From Chiloscyllium plagiosum (lineage: Eukaryota): a stretch of DNA of 64,000 bases. A model generated the notes under the pieces. The model had not been told where the DNA came from and made no database searches. It was given only the letters and a program-made list of their open reading frames with translations. Positions within the stretch are counted from its first letter, which is position 1, and each line of letters starts with the position of its first letter. Both the position numbers and the translations under genes were made by a program. Location of the stretch: assembly GCF_004010195.1 (NCBI RefSeq), contig NC_057728.1:44976286-45040285 (forward strand). The letters are read 5' to 3'. Positions 40,770 to 54,820 of this stretch are shown here, one piece after another.

Positions 40770-41900
40770 CTTTTTTTAATGACCAGAATAAAGAGGGTAT
40801 AGACATCTTGAACGGTTGAGGGGCTGGAGAAGATTACAGGTATGTGATAGAGAAAGACCATGGAGGGATTTGAAAACAGGAATGAGAATTTTAAAACCTA
40901 GCAATTGCTTTACTGGGTAATGATGTTGGTCAATCAGTGTAGGAATCATCCAGGTCAGAGACATCGACTATAAAGTTTTGATGACCTGAAGTTCACAGAG
41001 TGTAACACGTGGAAAGCCAGTTTCGAGTGCACTTGAAAAGTCAAGTCTATAGCTAGGGAGAAATTGAGGACTGCAGATGCTGGAGATCAGAGTCCAGAGT
41101 GTGGTGCTGGTAAAGCACAGCAGGTTAGACAGCATCCGAGGAGCAGGAGAATCAACATTTCAGGCAAAAGCCCTTCATCAGGAATGTGGATTCGCCTGAT
41201 CCTCCGATACTGCCTGACCTGCTGTGCTTTTCCAGCATCACGCTCTGAAGTCTATAGGTAACAAAGGCATGGATGAAAGTTTTTGTAGCAGTTATGTAGA
41301 TTAATGGGTGGAACTGGCTGATACTATGGAGATGTAAGTTGGAGTTTTAGTGATGGTAAAGATATGTGATATCAGGAAACCATCTTTTCATCAAATATGA
41401 CACCAAGGCTGCAAACAGTGTTGTTTAGCCACAGACAATTGTCAGTGTGGAGTCAATGACTAGGACTTGTCATAAAAGTAGAAGATAATGGCTTCAGTCT
41501 TCCTAAGTTAATGTAAGGAAATTTCATCTCATCCAGTATTTAATGTTGGGTGGGCAATCTGATCATTTAGAGAGCATGGAAGAGTAAAGGGAGACAGCGA
41601 GGAAATGGAGCTCCGTGTCATCAGCTTATTTTTGGAAACAAATGCTATAGATTTGAAGTTGCTGGCAGGATGGTTGCTGCAGTGGGCAGTTTGTTGGGTG
41701 AGGGAGGGGGTAGGGGTGGGCCGGGCTGTAAGATGTGGTGGAAGGTTGGAAGACATCCAGAAATAAATCCTTGGAGGATACCAAAGGTAATGGTACATTA
41801 TGAAAGTGATTCTTTAGCTATAATCATGGTTCTGGATTTGGATGAGAAGGATCACTTGACTGATACCTGTCCTGCCTTATTGTCCTTTTTCAAATAATTC
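40770..41900 (-). mobile_element. Old L2 LINE fragment, host of the 41056 insertion
   Basis: LGFKILIPVFKSLHGL...LLQPLNRSR. Confidence 0.6.
41056..41247. mobile_element. Palindromic Penelope-terminus-derived insertion
   Basis: Same left end gggagaaa.tgaggactgcagatgctgg; direct repeat aagtctatag(c/g)ta at 41043-41055 and 41248-41260. Confidence 0.85.
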
Positions 41901-42408
41901 TCCATTATCCCATCAATTTATTGATTATTTCAGTCATGGTGACATTCTCCAGATTTACTTTCTCTCCATAGTTGATTTTCCTGCTTCTTGGATGCTGCCT
42001 GACCTGCTGTGCTTTTCCAGCACCACACTCTCGACTCGAATCTCCAGCATTGGCAGTCCTCACTTTCACCTATAATCTTATATAACGTTGTAACACCATC
42101 TCAGAATTTACTCCTTTCAGCCTATAGTTTAGGCTGTAGCCTCTTAATCAGAGAGTCATGTTTTCAAGCTCCTGTCTGGAATGTAGAGAAGAAAATCAAG
42201 GTTGACACTCCATTACAAACCCTGAGGATATCTTTACTTGTTGGAGTGCCCGCTGGCAGTTTTCAAGTGCAAATACCAAGTACAACTTCCCCAGCACCCT
42301 CATCTCCTGAGCAAACATTGTATCCCTACACTGTGGAAAGACGTCACTCAGCCCATCACGTCAGCACTATCCTCCAAAGAGCATTTCATAGAAGCCCAAA
42401 GGCCTGCC

Positions 42409-45400
42409 CATGGCCAATCCACCTAACCTGCATATCCCTGAACACTACAATGTTGCGTGGCCAATCCACCTAACCTGTACATCCCTAAACACTACAATGT
42501 CGCATAATCAATACAACTAACCTACACATCCCCAAACACTACAATGTCGCATGGTCAATCCACCTAACTTGTACATCCCTAAACACTACAATGTCGCATA
42601 ATCAATACACCAAACCTACACATCCCTAAACACTACAATTAGCATGACCAATCCACCTAACATGCACATCCCTAAATACTATGATGTTGAATGGCCAATC
42701 CACCTAACCTGCATATTTCTAAACACTACAATGTCGCATAGCCAATCCATCTAACCTACACTTCCCAAAGCACTACAATTTAGCATGACCAATACACCTA
42801 ACCTGCACATCCTAAATACTACGATGTTGAATGGCCAATCCACCCAACCTGCATATCCCTAAACATGACAAGGTAGCATGGTCAATCCACCTAACCTGCA
42901 CATCCTTAAACACTACAATGTTGCATGGCCAATCCACCTAACCTGCACATCCCTAAACACTACAAGGTAGCATGGCCAATCCACCAAACCTGCACATCCC
43001 TAAACACTACAATGTCACATGGCCAATCCACCTAACCTGCATATTTCTAAACACTACAATGTCGCATAGCCAATCCATCTAACCTACACATCCCAAAACA
43101 CTACAATTTAACATGACCAATCCACCTAACCTGCACATCCCTACATACTGCGACGTTGAATGGCCAATCCACCTAACCTGCATATCCCTAAACACGACAA
43201 GGTAGCATGGTCAATCCACCTAACCTGCACATCCCTAAACACTACAATGTTGCATGGCCAATCCACCTAACCTGCATATCCCTGAACACTACAATGTTGC
43301 GTGGCCAATCCACCTACCCTGCGCAACCCTAAACACTACAATGTTGTGTGGCCAATCCACCTAACCTGTACATCCCTACACACTACAAAGTCGCATAATC
43401 AATACAATTAACCTACACATCCCTAAACACTACAATGTCGCATGGTCAATCCACCTAACCTGTACATCCCTAAACACTACAATGTCGTATAATCAATACA
43501 CCTAACCTACACATCCCCAAACACTACAATTTAGCATGACCAATCCACCTAACCTGCACATCCCTAAATATTACGATGTTGAATGGCCAATCCACCTAAC
43601 CTGCATATTTCTAAACACTACAATGTCGCATAGCCAATCCATCTAACCTACACTTCCCAAAGCACTACAACTTAGCATGACCAATCAACCTAACCTGCAC
43701 ATCCTAAATACTACGATGTTGAATGGCCAATCCACCTAACCTGCATATTCCTAAACATGACAAGGTAGCATGGTCAATCCACCTAACCTGCACATCCCTG
43801 AACACTACAATGTTGCATGGCCAATCCACCTAACCTGCACATCCCTAATCACTACAATGTCGCATGGTCAATCCACCTAACCTGCACATCCCTAAACACT
43901 ACAATGTTGCATGGCCAATCCACCTAACCTGCACATCCCTAAACACTACAAGGTAGCATGGTCAATCCACCTAACCTGCACATACCTTAACACTACAATG
44001 TCACATGGCCAATCCACCTAACCTGCACATCCCTAAACACTACAATGTTGCATTGCCAATCCACCTTAACTGCATATTTCTAAACACTACAATGTCGCAT
44101 AGCCAATCCATCTAACCTACACATCCCTAAACACTACAATTTAGCATGACCAATCCACCTAACCTGCACATCCCTAAATACTGCGAAGCTGAATGGCCAA
44201 TCCACCTAACCTGCATATCCCTAAACACAACAAGGTAGCATGGTCAATCCACCTAACCTGCACATCCTTAAACACTACAATGTCGCATGGTCAATCCACC
44301 TAACCTGTACATCCATAAACACTACAATGTCGCATAATCAATCCACCTAACCTACACATCCCAAAACACTACAATGTTGCCTTGCCAATCCACCTAACCT
44401 GCACATCCCTAAACACTACAATGTCGCATAATCAATACACCTAACCTACACATCCCTAAACACTACAATTTAGCATGACCAATCCACCTAACCTGCACAT
44501 CCCTAAATACTATGATGTTGAATGGCCAATCCACCTAACTTGCACATCCCAAAACACTACAATGTTGCCTTGCCAATCCACCTAACCTGCACATCCCTAA
44601 ACACTACAATGTCGCATGGTCAATCCACCTAACCTGCACATCCCTAAACACTACAATGTTGCACGGCCAATCCACCTAACCTGCACATTCCTAAACACTA
44701 CAATGTCGCATGATCAATCCACCTAGCCTGCACATCCCTAAACACTACAAGGTAGCATGGTCAATCCACCTAACCTGCACATCCCTAAACACTACAATGT
44801 TGCATGGCCAATCCACCTAACCTGCACATCCCTAAACACTACAATGTCGCATGGTCAATCCACCTAACCTGTACATCCCTAAACACTACAAGGTAGCATG
44901 GTCAAGCCACCTAACCTGCACATCCCTTAACACTACAATGTCACATGGCCAATCCACCTAACCTGCACATCCCTAAACACTACAATGTTGCATTGCCAAT
45001 CCACCTAACCTGCACATTCCTAAACACTACAATGTCGCATGATCAATCCACCTAGCCTGCACATCCCTAAACACTACAAGGTAGCATGGTCAATCCACCT
45101 AACCTGCACATCCCTAAACACTACAATGTTGCACGGCCAATCCACCAATCCACCTAACCTGCATATTTCTAAACACTACAATGTCGCATAGCCAATCCAT
45201 CTAACCTACACATCCCTAAACACTACAATTTAGCATGACCAATCCACCTAACCTGCACATCTCTAAATATTACGAAGTTGAATGGCCAATTCACCTAACC
45301 TGCATATCCCTAAACACAACAAGATAGCATGGTCAATCCACCTAACCTGTACACCCCTAAACACTACAATGTCGCATAATCAATACACCTAACCTACACA

Positions 45401-46373
45401 TCCCTAAACACTACATGGTAGCATGGCCAATCCACCTAACCTGCACATCCCTAAATACTAGAATGCAGCATGGCCAGTCCACTTAATCTGCACATCCCTA
45501 AACATTACAATATAGCATGGACAATCCACCTAACATGTACTTCCCTAAACACTACAATGTACCATGGCCAATCTACCTAACTTATACATCCTTAAACATT
45601 ACAATGTAGCATGGCCAATCCATCTAACCTGCTCATCCCTAAACACTATAATGTAGCATGGCCAATCCACCTAACCTGCATAACCCTAAATATTATAATG
45701 TAGTATGGCTAATCTACCCAATCCACAAAGGGCGGCATGATGGCTCAGTGGTTAGCACTGCTGCCTCTCAGTACCTGGAACCTGGGTTTGATTCCTGCCT
45801 CGGGCAACTGTGTGTGTGGAGTTTGCACATTCTCCCCATGTCTGAATGGGTTTCCTCCAGGTGCTCCAGTTTCCTCCCACATTCCAAAGAATGGCTATGC
45901 AACATCGAAGTGTTTAGGGATGTGCAGGTTAGACGGATTGGCTATGCGATATTGTAGTTTTTAGGGATGTGCATGTCAGGTGAATTGGCCTTGCCAAATT
46001 GCCCATAGCGTTAGGTGCATTAATCAGTGGTAAAGATGGGGTAGGGGGATGGGTCTGGTTGGTTTCTCTTCAGAGGGGCAGTGTGGACTTGTTGGGCTGA
46101 AAGACCTGTTTCCATATTGTGGGGAATCTAATCTAATCCCTAAACACTACAATGTAGCATGGGCCAATCCATCTAATCTGTAAATCCCAAAACACTACAA
46201 TATCGCATAGCTAACCCACCTAATCTGCATATCCCTAAACACTACAATGTAGCATGGCCAATCCACCTAACCTACACATCCCTAAACACTACAATATAGC
46301 ATGGCCATCCACCTAACCTACACATCCGTAAACACTACAATTTAGCATGGCCAATCCACCTAACTTGCACATC
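42409..46373. repeat. 47-bp minisatellite (~70 units at 42409-45728, ~5 units at 46136-46373), consensus ccctaaacactacaatgttgcatggccaatccacctaacctgcacat
   Basis: Direct reading; period 47 (e.g. catcc at 42901 and 42948). Confidence 0.97.
45730..46137 (+). mobile_element. Full-length tRNA-derived SINE nested in the minisatellite
   Basis: gggcggca.gatggctcagtggttagcactgctgcct head, (atcta)n tail. Confidence 0.9.
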
Positions 46374-48502
46374 TTTGGACTGTGGGATGAAACTAGAACA
46401 CCTGGAGAAAACCCATGCAGACACGAGGAGAATGTGCAAACTCCACACAGACAGTCACCCAAGGCAGGAATCAAACCAGATCCCTGGTGCAGCAGTTCTA
46501 AGCACTGACCATCTGCATTGCCAGCAAGATGGTAAGGTTTTCCTTAAAGATATAGATTGTGTCCCAATGGTATTATCAGGTGTTGACCTGCCCCATTTAC
46601 CCAAGACCTGCTTGGTGGACAGGAGCTTTCTCATAAGGGCAAACGTCTGCTGGGAACAGAAGTAAGGATCAAGAGGATCCCAGAAAAGTAAATCCTTTCT
46701 GTTCTCTGTATGTTCTGTTTCTCCAGGTCATACAAGAAAACCGTTAGTTTCACTTCTCCAGAGATAAGATTCCCATCTTCCAATCTCCAACCAGGCTTAC
46801 CCTCCTGACATTTCCATGCACTAGACTTGTGTCAGTGCCTATACCCCAGGGTCTAATCAGCTTCTTGCCACTTGAGTTTAATATCTTGACAGCTTCCTAT
46901 CAACTTTGGTCAGCAAACATTATAAGGTAAAGCATTAATCTCAGGTCTAGGCTGCCTTGTGCATTGCACAGACATGAAAAGACGCATACTGCCATGCTCC
47001 CACCCTGGAGTTCAACTTGAACCCAAGATTTCTAATATAATTGTGAATTCACAGTTAAGTTGATAACTTGTGTTTGTATTCTTCTAACATGGCTAGTCTC
47101 TTGGTCCTAATACCTTTGACTGAACTTGTGTATTGTGTGTCTTCTCAAGTTCAAAATATAACCCAAATGTACTTTATTTTTATTCTTACTTTAAAACAAG
47201 GAATTGGTTACTGTAAATTAATTCAGAAATATAATTTCACCCTTGCTTTGAACCACCCTTAAGCCCACCCAGGAAAGGGAGAATTTAGAGTAATTAGGAT
47301 GCTTTAAACCAAAATGTATAGTTCCAAGTTAAGAAACAGATGGTTTAAGGCATTATCTTTACCACAGTGTTATGCATGCTTGTTGCAGGCATCTGTATTT
47401 TGGCCACCACATTATTTCCCATTATTAGTGCACAGTATCTATTAAAGTGTTTCCCAAACATTTTCCCACTGGGACCCAACTTCAAGGTTTGGAAATTGTT
47501 GTGATTCCCCTAGAACAGGAGTCCATCAGTATGAGAGCACAGCTGTTTGTAACGTTGTCAGAGCTTCACAGTGGTGGGTACTGCCTCAGATCACATGACC
47601 CCGAAATTCTGGCTCGTGATTGCTTTGACTCTGACTTTGGCAAACCTGATCTATTAGGCCTGATGTAGCTTTAAGGATTATGGTAACCTGAATTAAATTG
47701 GGCCATATCGTGGTATTATCAATATCCTTACCTTCCTCCCTTGCCAATTAATGCTTTCATTTTGTTGTTTTTTCTTCCATGTTTTTCAGACACCGTAGTG
47801 ACATTTGAATTAAAAACTTTCCTTTGGGATTTTTTTCCTTTCTTACATTGCCTTTTCAAGAGACTATCAGTTTTAATTTGGTTTAATTTGCCTTAATTTG
47901 GTTCTTCAAGTTTTACACAAAGGTAATTTCCATGGCCAGCACATATTGTGGAGTGCATTAGCAGCCCTGAAAACAAAATTTTGATTTCTTAAATTTCTAT
48001 TGAAGTTTTGATTTGTATTGCAGTGCTTTGATGAGAAGCAGTAATTAGTTACATTTATTTCTTGGGTAATTGGACCTTTTTCATTGTTTATATAAAACAA
48101 TATGAAGAGAAGTAACTAGGACACTGAGATGGTCGAAATAGCCCTATCTTTGCTTCTCCCTCATACGTGTACCTACCTTTTCCTTAAATACATCTAGACT
48201 AAACCATTTGCTTTAACAACTCTTCTGGTAGTGTGTCCAATAGGCATCATCAATCTTTGGGTAGAGATCCTTCCTCTGAGTTCCCTATTGTGTTTTTGGT
48301 GACCATCTTCTAATGATGCATGTCTTTCCCATAAGAGAAGCATATTCTATGTACCCATTCTATAAAAGTCGTTCAAAATGTTAAAACCTGAACCCTTTTT
48401 TAAGAGAGACTATCCCAGTACTTTTCTCACCCTGACCCCATTTCGGGACTTGAAAAATGTCTTGATTCCTCAGTGAGCTTTGGGAGCTCGAGGAGAAGAC
48501 AT

Positions 48503-48705
48503 ACAGTCGGTTCTGATATAATGTGATAGTTCCCATCTCATGTTATAAGAAAATTACAAAAAAGCCATACCATTTAAACTATTTGGGCTGGAATCGCATT
48601 ATTTCCAATACAGGTAAGGAAAGTTCGTGTTCCACAAATAACGGTCTAAATTCTTCAATCATATTAAAGCGGGTTCGTGTTGAAGAAGCACACATTAGAG
48701 CAAGG
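48503..48705. mobile_element. Possible Tc1/mariner (Tigger-like) MITE remnant
   Basis: TA-CAGTCGGTTCTG.TATAA start; right end eroded. Confidence 0.35.
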
Positions 48706-48951
48706 TGAAAGGTGGTGATCATTGCTGCCTGTACGTTACAATTCCCTGAGGGTCCCAACCCATACTTTGGGAATCCCTGCGATAGACCGTGTCAGTCCCT
48801 TTCTGATCTGCACACCAACATATTTCAGGATTTAATCGTTGTAAATCTTCTCTGAACTTCTCTTGTGACCCTATAGGATGAATTATACAGCTTTTTGGAT
48901 AGCTCTAAGTTGTACTGAGTTTTAAAAGGAATTTCCAACGCAGGGCCTGGC

Positions 48952-49045
48952 ATTCATGATGAAGGGTTTTTGCCTGAAACGTCGATTTTCCTGCTCCTCA
49001 GATGCTGCCTGACCTGCTGTGCTTTTCCAGCACCACATGCTTGAC
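48952..49045 (+). mobile_element. Single-arm Penelope-terminus repeat with near-intact hammerhead core
   Basis: cattc-atgatga-agggt-tttt-gcct-gaaa-cgtc-gattt. Confidence 0.7.
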
Positions 49046-52000
49046 TTTTTTCTAGCTGTGTTGTACTAAACGCAATGCATTAATTACCCGCTACTTTGGC
49101 ATCCTACATGTCAGACTCCAGCCCCATCTTATCACAGACCATTCTCAGAACAATTCACCATTTATAGCTGATCCCACAATTCACCATTATCCTTTGTACT
49201 CATGCCAGCTTTAAAAGTCTGATTGTCCAGGGTGACCGACTGACCATATCCAAGCCCCTGGACTGGTAACAGGAGCTACCCTTGACTGACTGTGTTGGAA
49301 CTCCCTGAGCAAAGACTTCCCCCCCTTAATTAAGAACTACTGACAACCAGGTCAAAGATACTTCCTTTGTGCCTGCTCGAAAAGTCAGGACAGCACAGAA
49401 GTAATGTGAACCTGGTATCTCTTGCTGAGGGGACAAAGCACAGAAGGGCAAGGCAAGGTAGGAATGCTGTGAGCAAGCAGCTTGGCTTGGAGTGAGTTCA
49501 CATCAACAAAGACCCTGATGATGCAGCCTGGTCCAGCCCATGAGCTGGATGTATAACCTTGGGGATATGGTGTCCCTGCTGCAACATTGCAATAACAATT
49601 GCTGTTATGCCCCCAAAGGTGTGTCACTGAAGTGCAGAAACTTCCTATAAATACATTGCAGATATGCCAGGAAGGTTCTTAGAGGTTGGCACATATCAGC
49701 TGCCAATATCAGTGGATTTGGGCACCATGGAGCATAGGGTTTGGTGCCTGTTGTCCAACATGGAATTCATTCAGAGCAAGCAGTGAGCTAAATTCACCAG
49801 GTAACTACTCACCTTGGTTTCCATGAGTTTTCTCAATGTCTACCTTGTTTGGCGAGTTTCATAAGAATATTAGTGAAGTTAGTTGAGCCATCAATAAGGC
49901 ATTTTATTTGCAATTACCCCCTTAATTGGCATCTCGCTACTGCCTAACAAAAAACACCCCCCCTTGTTTGTGAGAAGTATGAGATAAAGCAAAATGCTCT
50001 CCGTGTCAACATTAACCTCGTCAGACTTCTCATTCGATTCTGCCACAAAGTTTACCAGAACCCATGTCACTCAGGACCCTAAAAGGTTTCACCTTTTGTG
50101 CCTCTTTTTTAGTTAATTCGTGTTTGTGCCCATGGGCAAAATGACATGCTTAGCAAAATGCTGGCACAAACATGTTGCATTTAATGGCTTCTCTTGCTGT
50201 AAGTCATTTCCACTGCATCATGTAAACAGGCAATTCTGATGTAAGTGAAAGAGAAAGCTACAATTAAATCATCACATGTGCACATCCACAGCAATTTAAA
50301 TCTTCATATTCCCGTGAAAATGATCTCTTCTACTGGGGTGGGAAGGAGTGGGGAGTTGCATATTTGCCGTGAAATGCATGCATCTAATGTAAAAGATCCT
50401 CAGAGATTGCTTAAAAATGAGCCAAGTGATTTGGCATCTAATTTTCCTCCTCATTTTAGAGATATGTTCATTTGCCTGCTTAAAATGTGTGGTCAGAGAA
50501 GCAATCTTACATTGTCACTCAGAATGGTGCATGAATTCGCTGATGAGTGTACAGTGTCAATGTTCCACTATTAAAGATTTCAGAATGGTTTTGTCTACAG
50601 CACAGAATGCATGGATGGTGGGCATAGCAATCACATTGCCTGTATGATGGCACCAGTGAGAGAGCCAAGACACATTCAAAGATATGCCTCATTTGATTTG
50701 ATGAACAAGCTGTCAGCACAAAAGTTTTTAAAAAGCCTCTTGCCAATTAGAGAGGGTAAGAGAAAATGCAATAGTTCAGCTATGGAGTCAAGCATGAAGA
50801 AAACTTTTAAAGTAGTGGGGTAGTGGGGTGGATGATTAGAATTTGAAAATGTTGGATGAACACAGTGATCAGTGTTCCAAGTTTTTTGGGGGCTTTTCAG
50901 ACCAGAAAGCTGCTCAATACTTAATTCTCCCAAGAAGCACACACATTCTGCCCTGTGAGCCACCAGAGCTGTGTTGGGTAGATTTCTAGAAACAGTGCAG
51001 GACCCCATATGAAATATTTTGCAGAATCACATGGCTGTTTTGTGCAGGATCACTGGTCACTTATTTTCATTTTCACCAAAGTTGAACATCAGAGTAAACA
51101 CCACATTTTAATATTTTATCATTCCCTTTACTCTGCATAAATGGGGTGGGAACAAATGTCAATAGCATTTCTCCCCAATTTGATTTCAAAATGTGATATG
51201 TTGAAATTAATAAATTCATTTTGAGATGCTTTGCACTTGTTGAGGTATTTCCTCTTCAGTGACTTTGTATGTCTGCCCAGTTTGAAATGAGGTGAACTAT
51301 GAACCCAGCCCCACCCACCCAAAATGCCACTTCCACCAGGAAATTGAAAGTGACGACTTTGGTGCTGGTGAGTCCAGCACACGCAGTGGAGGGGCACAGA
51401 CATCATTAGGCAACTGTCTCTGGGTGGAGGTGGCAGAATGAAGATGAACTTTCTTTCAGCTTGATCTTTTTATTCTTAAATTATTCAAATTGCATCAGAT
51501 CATGGTGACAGTTGCCATTTTTCACCGTATTTTGCCATGTTGTTCATTGTAGAGTACAGTGACCATTCACTCATTCTTTCAAATGCCAATAGCGCAGTGG
51601 TAGGTGAGGCTTATTGTGTGCAGGTTATGCCTGATACCTGGCATACAGCAATTAATAATGTTGGCTCTTATCTCCCAATCGCTTTACAAGATATCATTTC
51701 AATCAAAATAACAAACACAACTTTCGATAGATGCTTCATCTTCTAAAGATGACAATACTATTTCATGAATGACTAACATTTTCATGCTAATTTCTCTCTC
51801 AAAGTGCTGAATGTTTTTATTCAGTGGCTATATAATAACATGCAATTAATAATTTGCACAATACTGCAGGTGACCATTTTAACCATTGAGTTCATGCTGA
51901 CATTTTGAACAGTTAAAGCCTGCAACCTTTTCTCACTCAGACATTCAATTCCCTTTTGAAAGCTAGTATTGAACCTACATACAGCACTATGTCAGGCAGT

Positions 52001-53149
52001 GCATTCCAAATCTTAAACCTTTATTGGAAATGCCTGTTCACTCACAGCAATATCAACAGTACTATCTAGTCTTGCGTAGCTGTGCCATTTTCTCCCAAAT
52101 TTCAATAAGCATTGATGTGACGTAAGGCTAGAAGAGGTCATAGCCCAACTTTGTTCTCCTAGTCAGAAGTTGTAGCTTGCAAAGTTAAAATTACATGTGG
52201 AACTATACATCTTCACAACTCTTGCAAAATCATATGCATAAATCCCCGGAAGCTTTTACAATCGATAACAGGGTAAGACAACACTGAATTATGACTGAAT
52301 AGCTTCAAGTTTCACATATCCAATAAACAGGCCAAGCATTTGTCCTGCCAACTGCAAATCAGATGTAGAATGTAAACATTATAAAAATTATAAAAGAGGA
52401 CATGTATTGTTTAAGTTTGAATGCAAAGTCACTTAGACCACGAGAATAAAAATCACAAAATCACAATTAAGCTTTATCACTGGGTGTTTAATTTCACATG
52501 AAATATAACAAAGGACTACAGAGCTCCAGAAGAACTCGAACCTCTCCTTCCTTTGCAGGAAAAGTCGTGGTACCTTTTCTATAATGAAACCAACTTAACC
52601 AAATTAACAAAGAATTTCATCGAAGGCTTATCAGTGCTGAAAAAAGCTTTTTTTTTGCATCAAAATGTTCAAACAAATCCAGGCAAATATACATATGTAC
52701 ACTTTGCAATATGCAATATAAATATATAACTTGTTCACTAAATATTCTAAACCACAATAAATATCTAAAATCATTAGGCACCAAATTAACTGTACTGATC
52801 AGTTTGATAGTACGAGTCAGTTTTGACTCTTCAAAATAGGACTTTACCTCTTCAAATTAATAATTGCAAACACTTTACACAAAATATATAGCCAGTTTTA
52901 AAATTACAACTCCCTCTAGCTACCTATAGCTCATGCCAGCCACTTACTTGAGGTCACACAGCAGAGAAGCAAATAATCTCCATTTTAGATACAACTGTTG
53001 AAAGGATCGATGCTGTAACCTGTGTGTTGAAGGATAAATTCTTCTCAAACGTGAGTATATCTGTTTTTCATCAGAATTAGCAAACAGCTAAAATAATTTG
53101 TAGCAATTCATGGGTCTGACATATGTAAGTTATATAAGTATTTTGCTAG

Positions 53150-53155
53150 TTTATT
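53150..53155 (-). promoter_or_regulatory. Candidate polyadenylation signal (AATAAA) for the SLC6A15 3' UTR; another lies at 52020-52025
   Basis: Hexamer on the minus strand ~1.7 kb past the stop codon; no transcript evidence. Confidence 0.25.
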
Positions 53156-53699
53156 AATAATGAAGTGCGATAGAAATTCATGGGGAGGAGTCTATGATTC
53201 AGTCATTCCCCAATTGGGTACTAGTTTAGAAATGCGACATCCCCAGAGTCTAAGACTTGATCTCATTGTAATAAACAGTGATGAGAGTGCTGTGAAGAAT
53301 GAGAATGGTCCTCTAGAACTGATGGTAAGTGACTCCAGAAAAAAAGCAACTGGGATGGGATTAAGAATCAGTGTAGAGAGTGCAGGGGATGAAGAGAAAT
53401 ATGAAACCAAGGAGCTCAGCCTGGTATGGGGGCAGTATTGAGGATTGCAGTTGCCTGTATCTGGAATTGAGAGTATTAGTGATTCAGCGAGGAAGTGGAG
53501 TTGTGGGGGAGATCTTTTTTTTAATGTAGATTGTTCTTTTCAGATCAACAGCTGATCTATTTCATTTATGTTCTTTTTTGTTACATGATCCAGCCCATAA
53601 AGTTTTGGCTGATTCAAAATAGACTAATTTTGGAAAGATGACTTCAGACTTGAACCCTGTGCACATTCAAATGACATGCCTTTTTGTATTAATTTGTAA

Positions 53700-53950
53700 G
53701 ATGAGACGAAAAGTAATTTCTTCAGTCAGTGAGTGGTGAATCTGTGGAACTCATTGCCACAGAGGGCTGTGGAGGCCAAGTCATTGAGTGCATTTAAGAT
53801 AGAGACAGATAGGTTCTTGATGAGTATGGGGATGAAGAGGTATGGGGAGAAGGCAGGAGAATGGGTCTGAGAAACAAAAGTCATGGTCAAATGGTGCAGA
53901 TTCGATGGGCCAAATTGACTAGTTCTGCTCCTATACGTTATGGTCTTATG
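53700..53950 (+). mobile_element. CR1-type 3' end, antisense to the putative SLC6A15 3' UTR
   Basis: NFFSQ*VVNLWNSLPQRAVEA relic and tail. Confidence 0.8.
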
Positions 53951-54820
53951 TGAGCATCACTTGTAAGGTCAACACTTATTATCCATCCTGAACTTTTCTT
54001 GAAAAGCTGAGGGTGAGCCATGGTCTTTAATCATTTAATTGATGTGGTATTGGTACAGCGAAAAATGGTTTTGGAGAGCGAGGTCACCTCTTGTTTGTCA
54101 ACTTAGCCGGTATGGCAGGTGAATTATTTCTAACTAGAAATGTGTGCATGCTTGCTGCCCACACATTGGGCTTTAGCAATCCAAACATCTTCCTAAATTC
54201 AGCACTGCATGAAGTACCACCTGGATTTGTGTGTCAGGGAGCTGGGGCATTTATGCTGTTGCCACAATACTCATTGATGACCCCTATGGGCAAAAATGAG
54301 AAATTACCCCTTACCGGACTAAAGAATGTTCTCTCTAAATGTTTTCTTTTTAAAAAAAAATTTGAGAATGTACTGTGGTTTGACAAGGTACTGAATAATT
54401 TAAGATAAAAATCAGTTTGTATGTTGATTCAGTGTTGAAATGCATTTTAAATATTTGTCGTAACTTACATAAAAGTTCAAGAATAGAAAAATCTCAAATT
54501 TGCTAGTCTCAGTGATGTGGTAAGAAAGAATGCTCTGATCTAGGAAGCAAATTGATGTCCTTTAAGAAAAACAACATTTTTTTTTCTGGGAGGGATCACT
54601 GAATAAGATCTGTCAGACGCAGAAAAGTATAATGTTCAGCTTTGCTCGTAGCTACTTGTAGGCAACAATATTTCAGACAATATCATTAATATGGAAAAAT
54701 ATAGTCTATCTACAGGATATACATGATACATGTGCCACATCAGTACTTTGCGTGCTTTTTGAGTGGCAATTATGCTCAATGTAGCAACAGACACATAGAC
54801 AGGCAAAGCTTGTTCAGAAG

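Larger units (their letters stand above)
42320..46510 (-). mobile_element. Single SINE (tail 42320-42400, head 46374-46510) whose core expanded into a minisatellite
   Basis: Both flanks of the array are the two ends of the SINE seen at 33197, in the same (minus) orientation. Confidence 0.8.

Noticed and set aside
45730..45800. tRNA genes at SINE heads
   Set aside because: The A/B boxes run into SINE core and tail; no intact cloverleaf
42409..46373. CRISPR-like array (constant part plus variable part)
   Set aside because: The variable parts are point variants of one sequence, not unique spacers; the unit derives from a SINE; vertebrate context with no cas genes
47445..48780. hAT/Charlie-like termini (tgtttcccaaac ... 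tttgggaatccctg)
   Set aside because: No 8-bp TSD identified and the interior is heterogeneous
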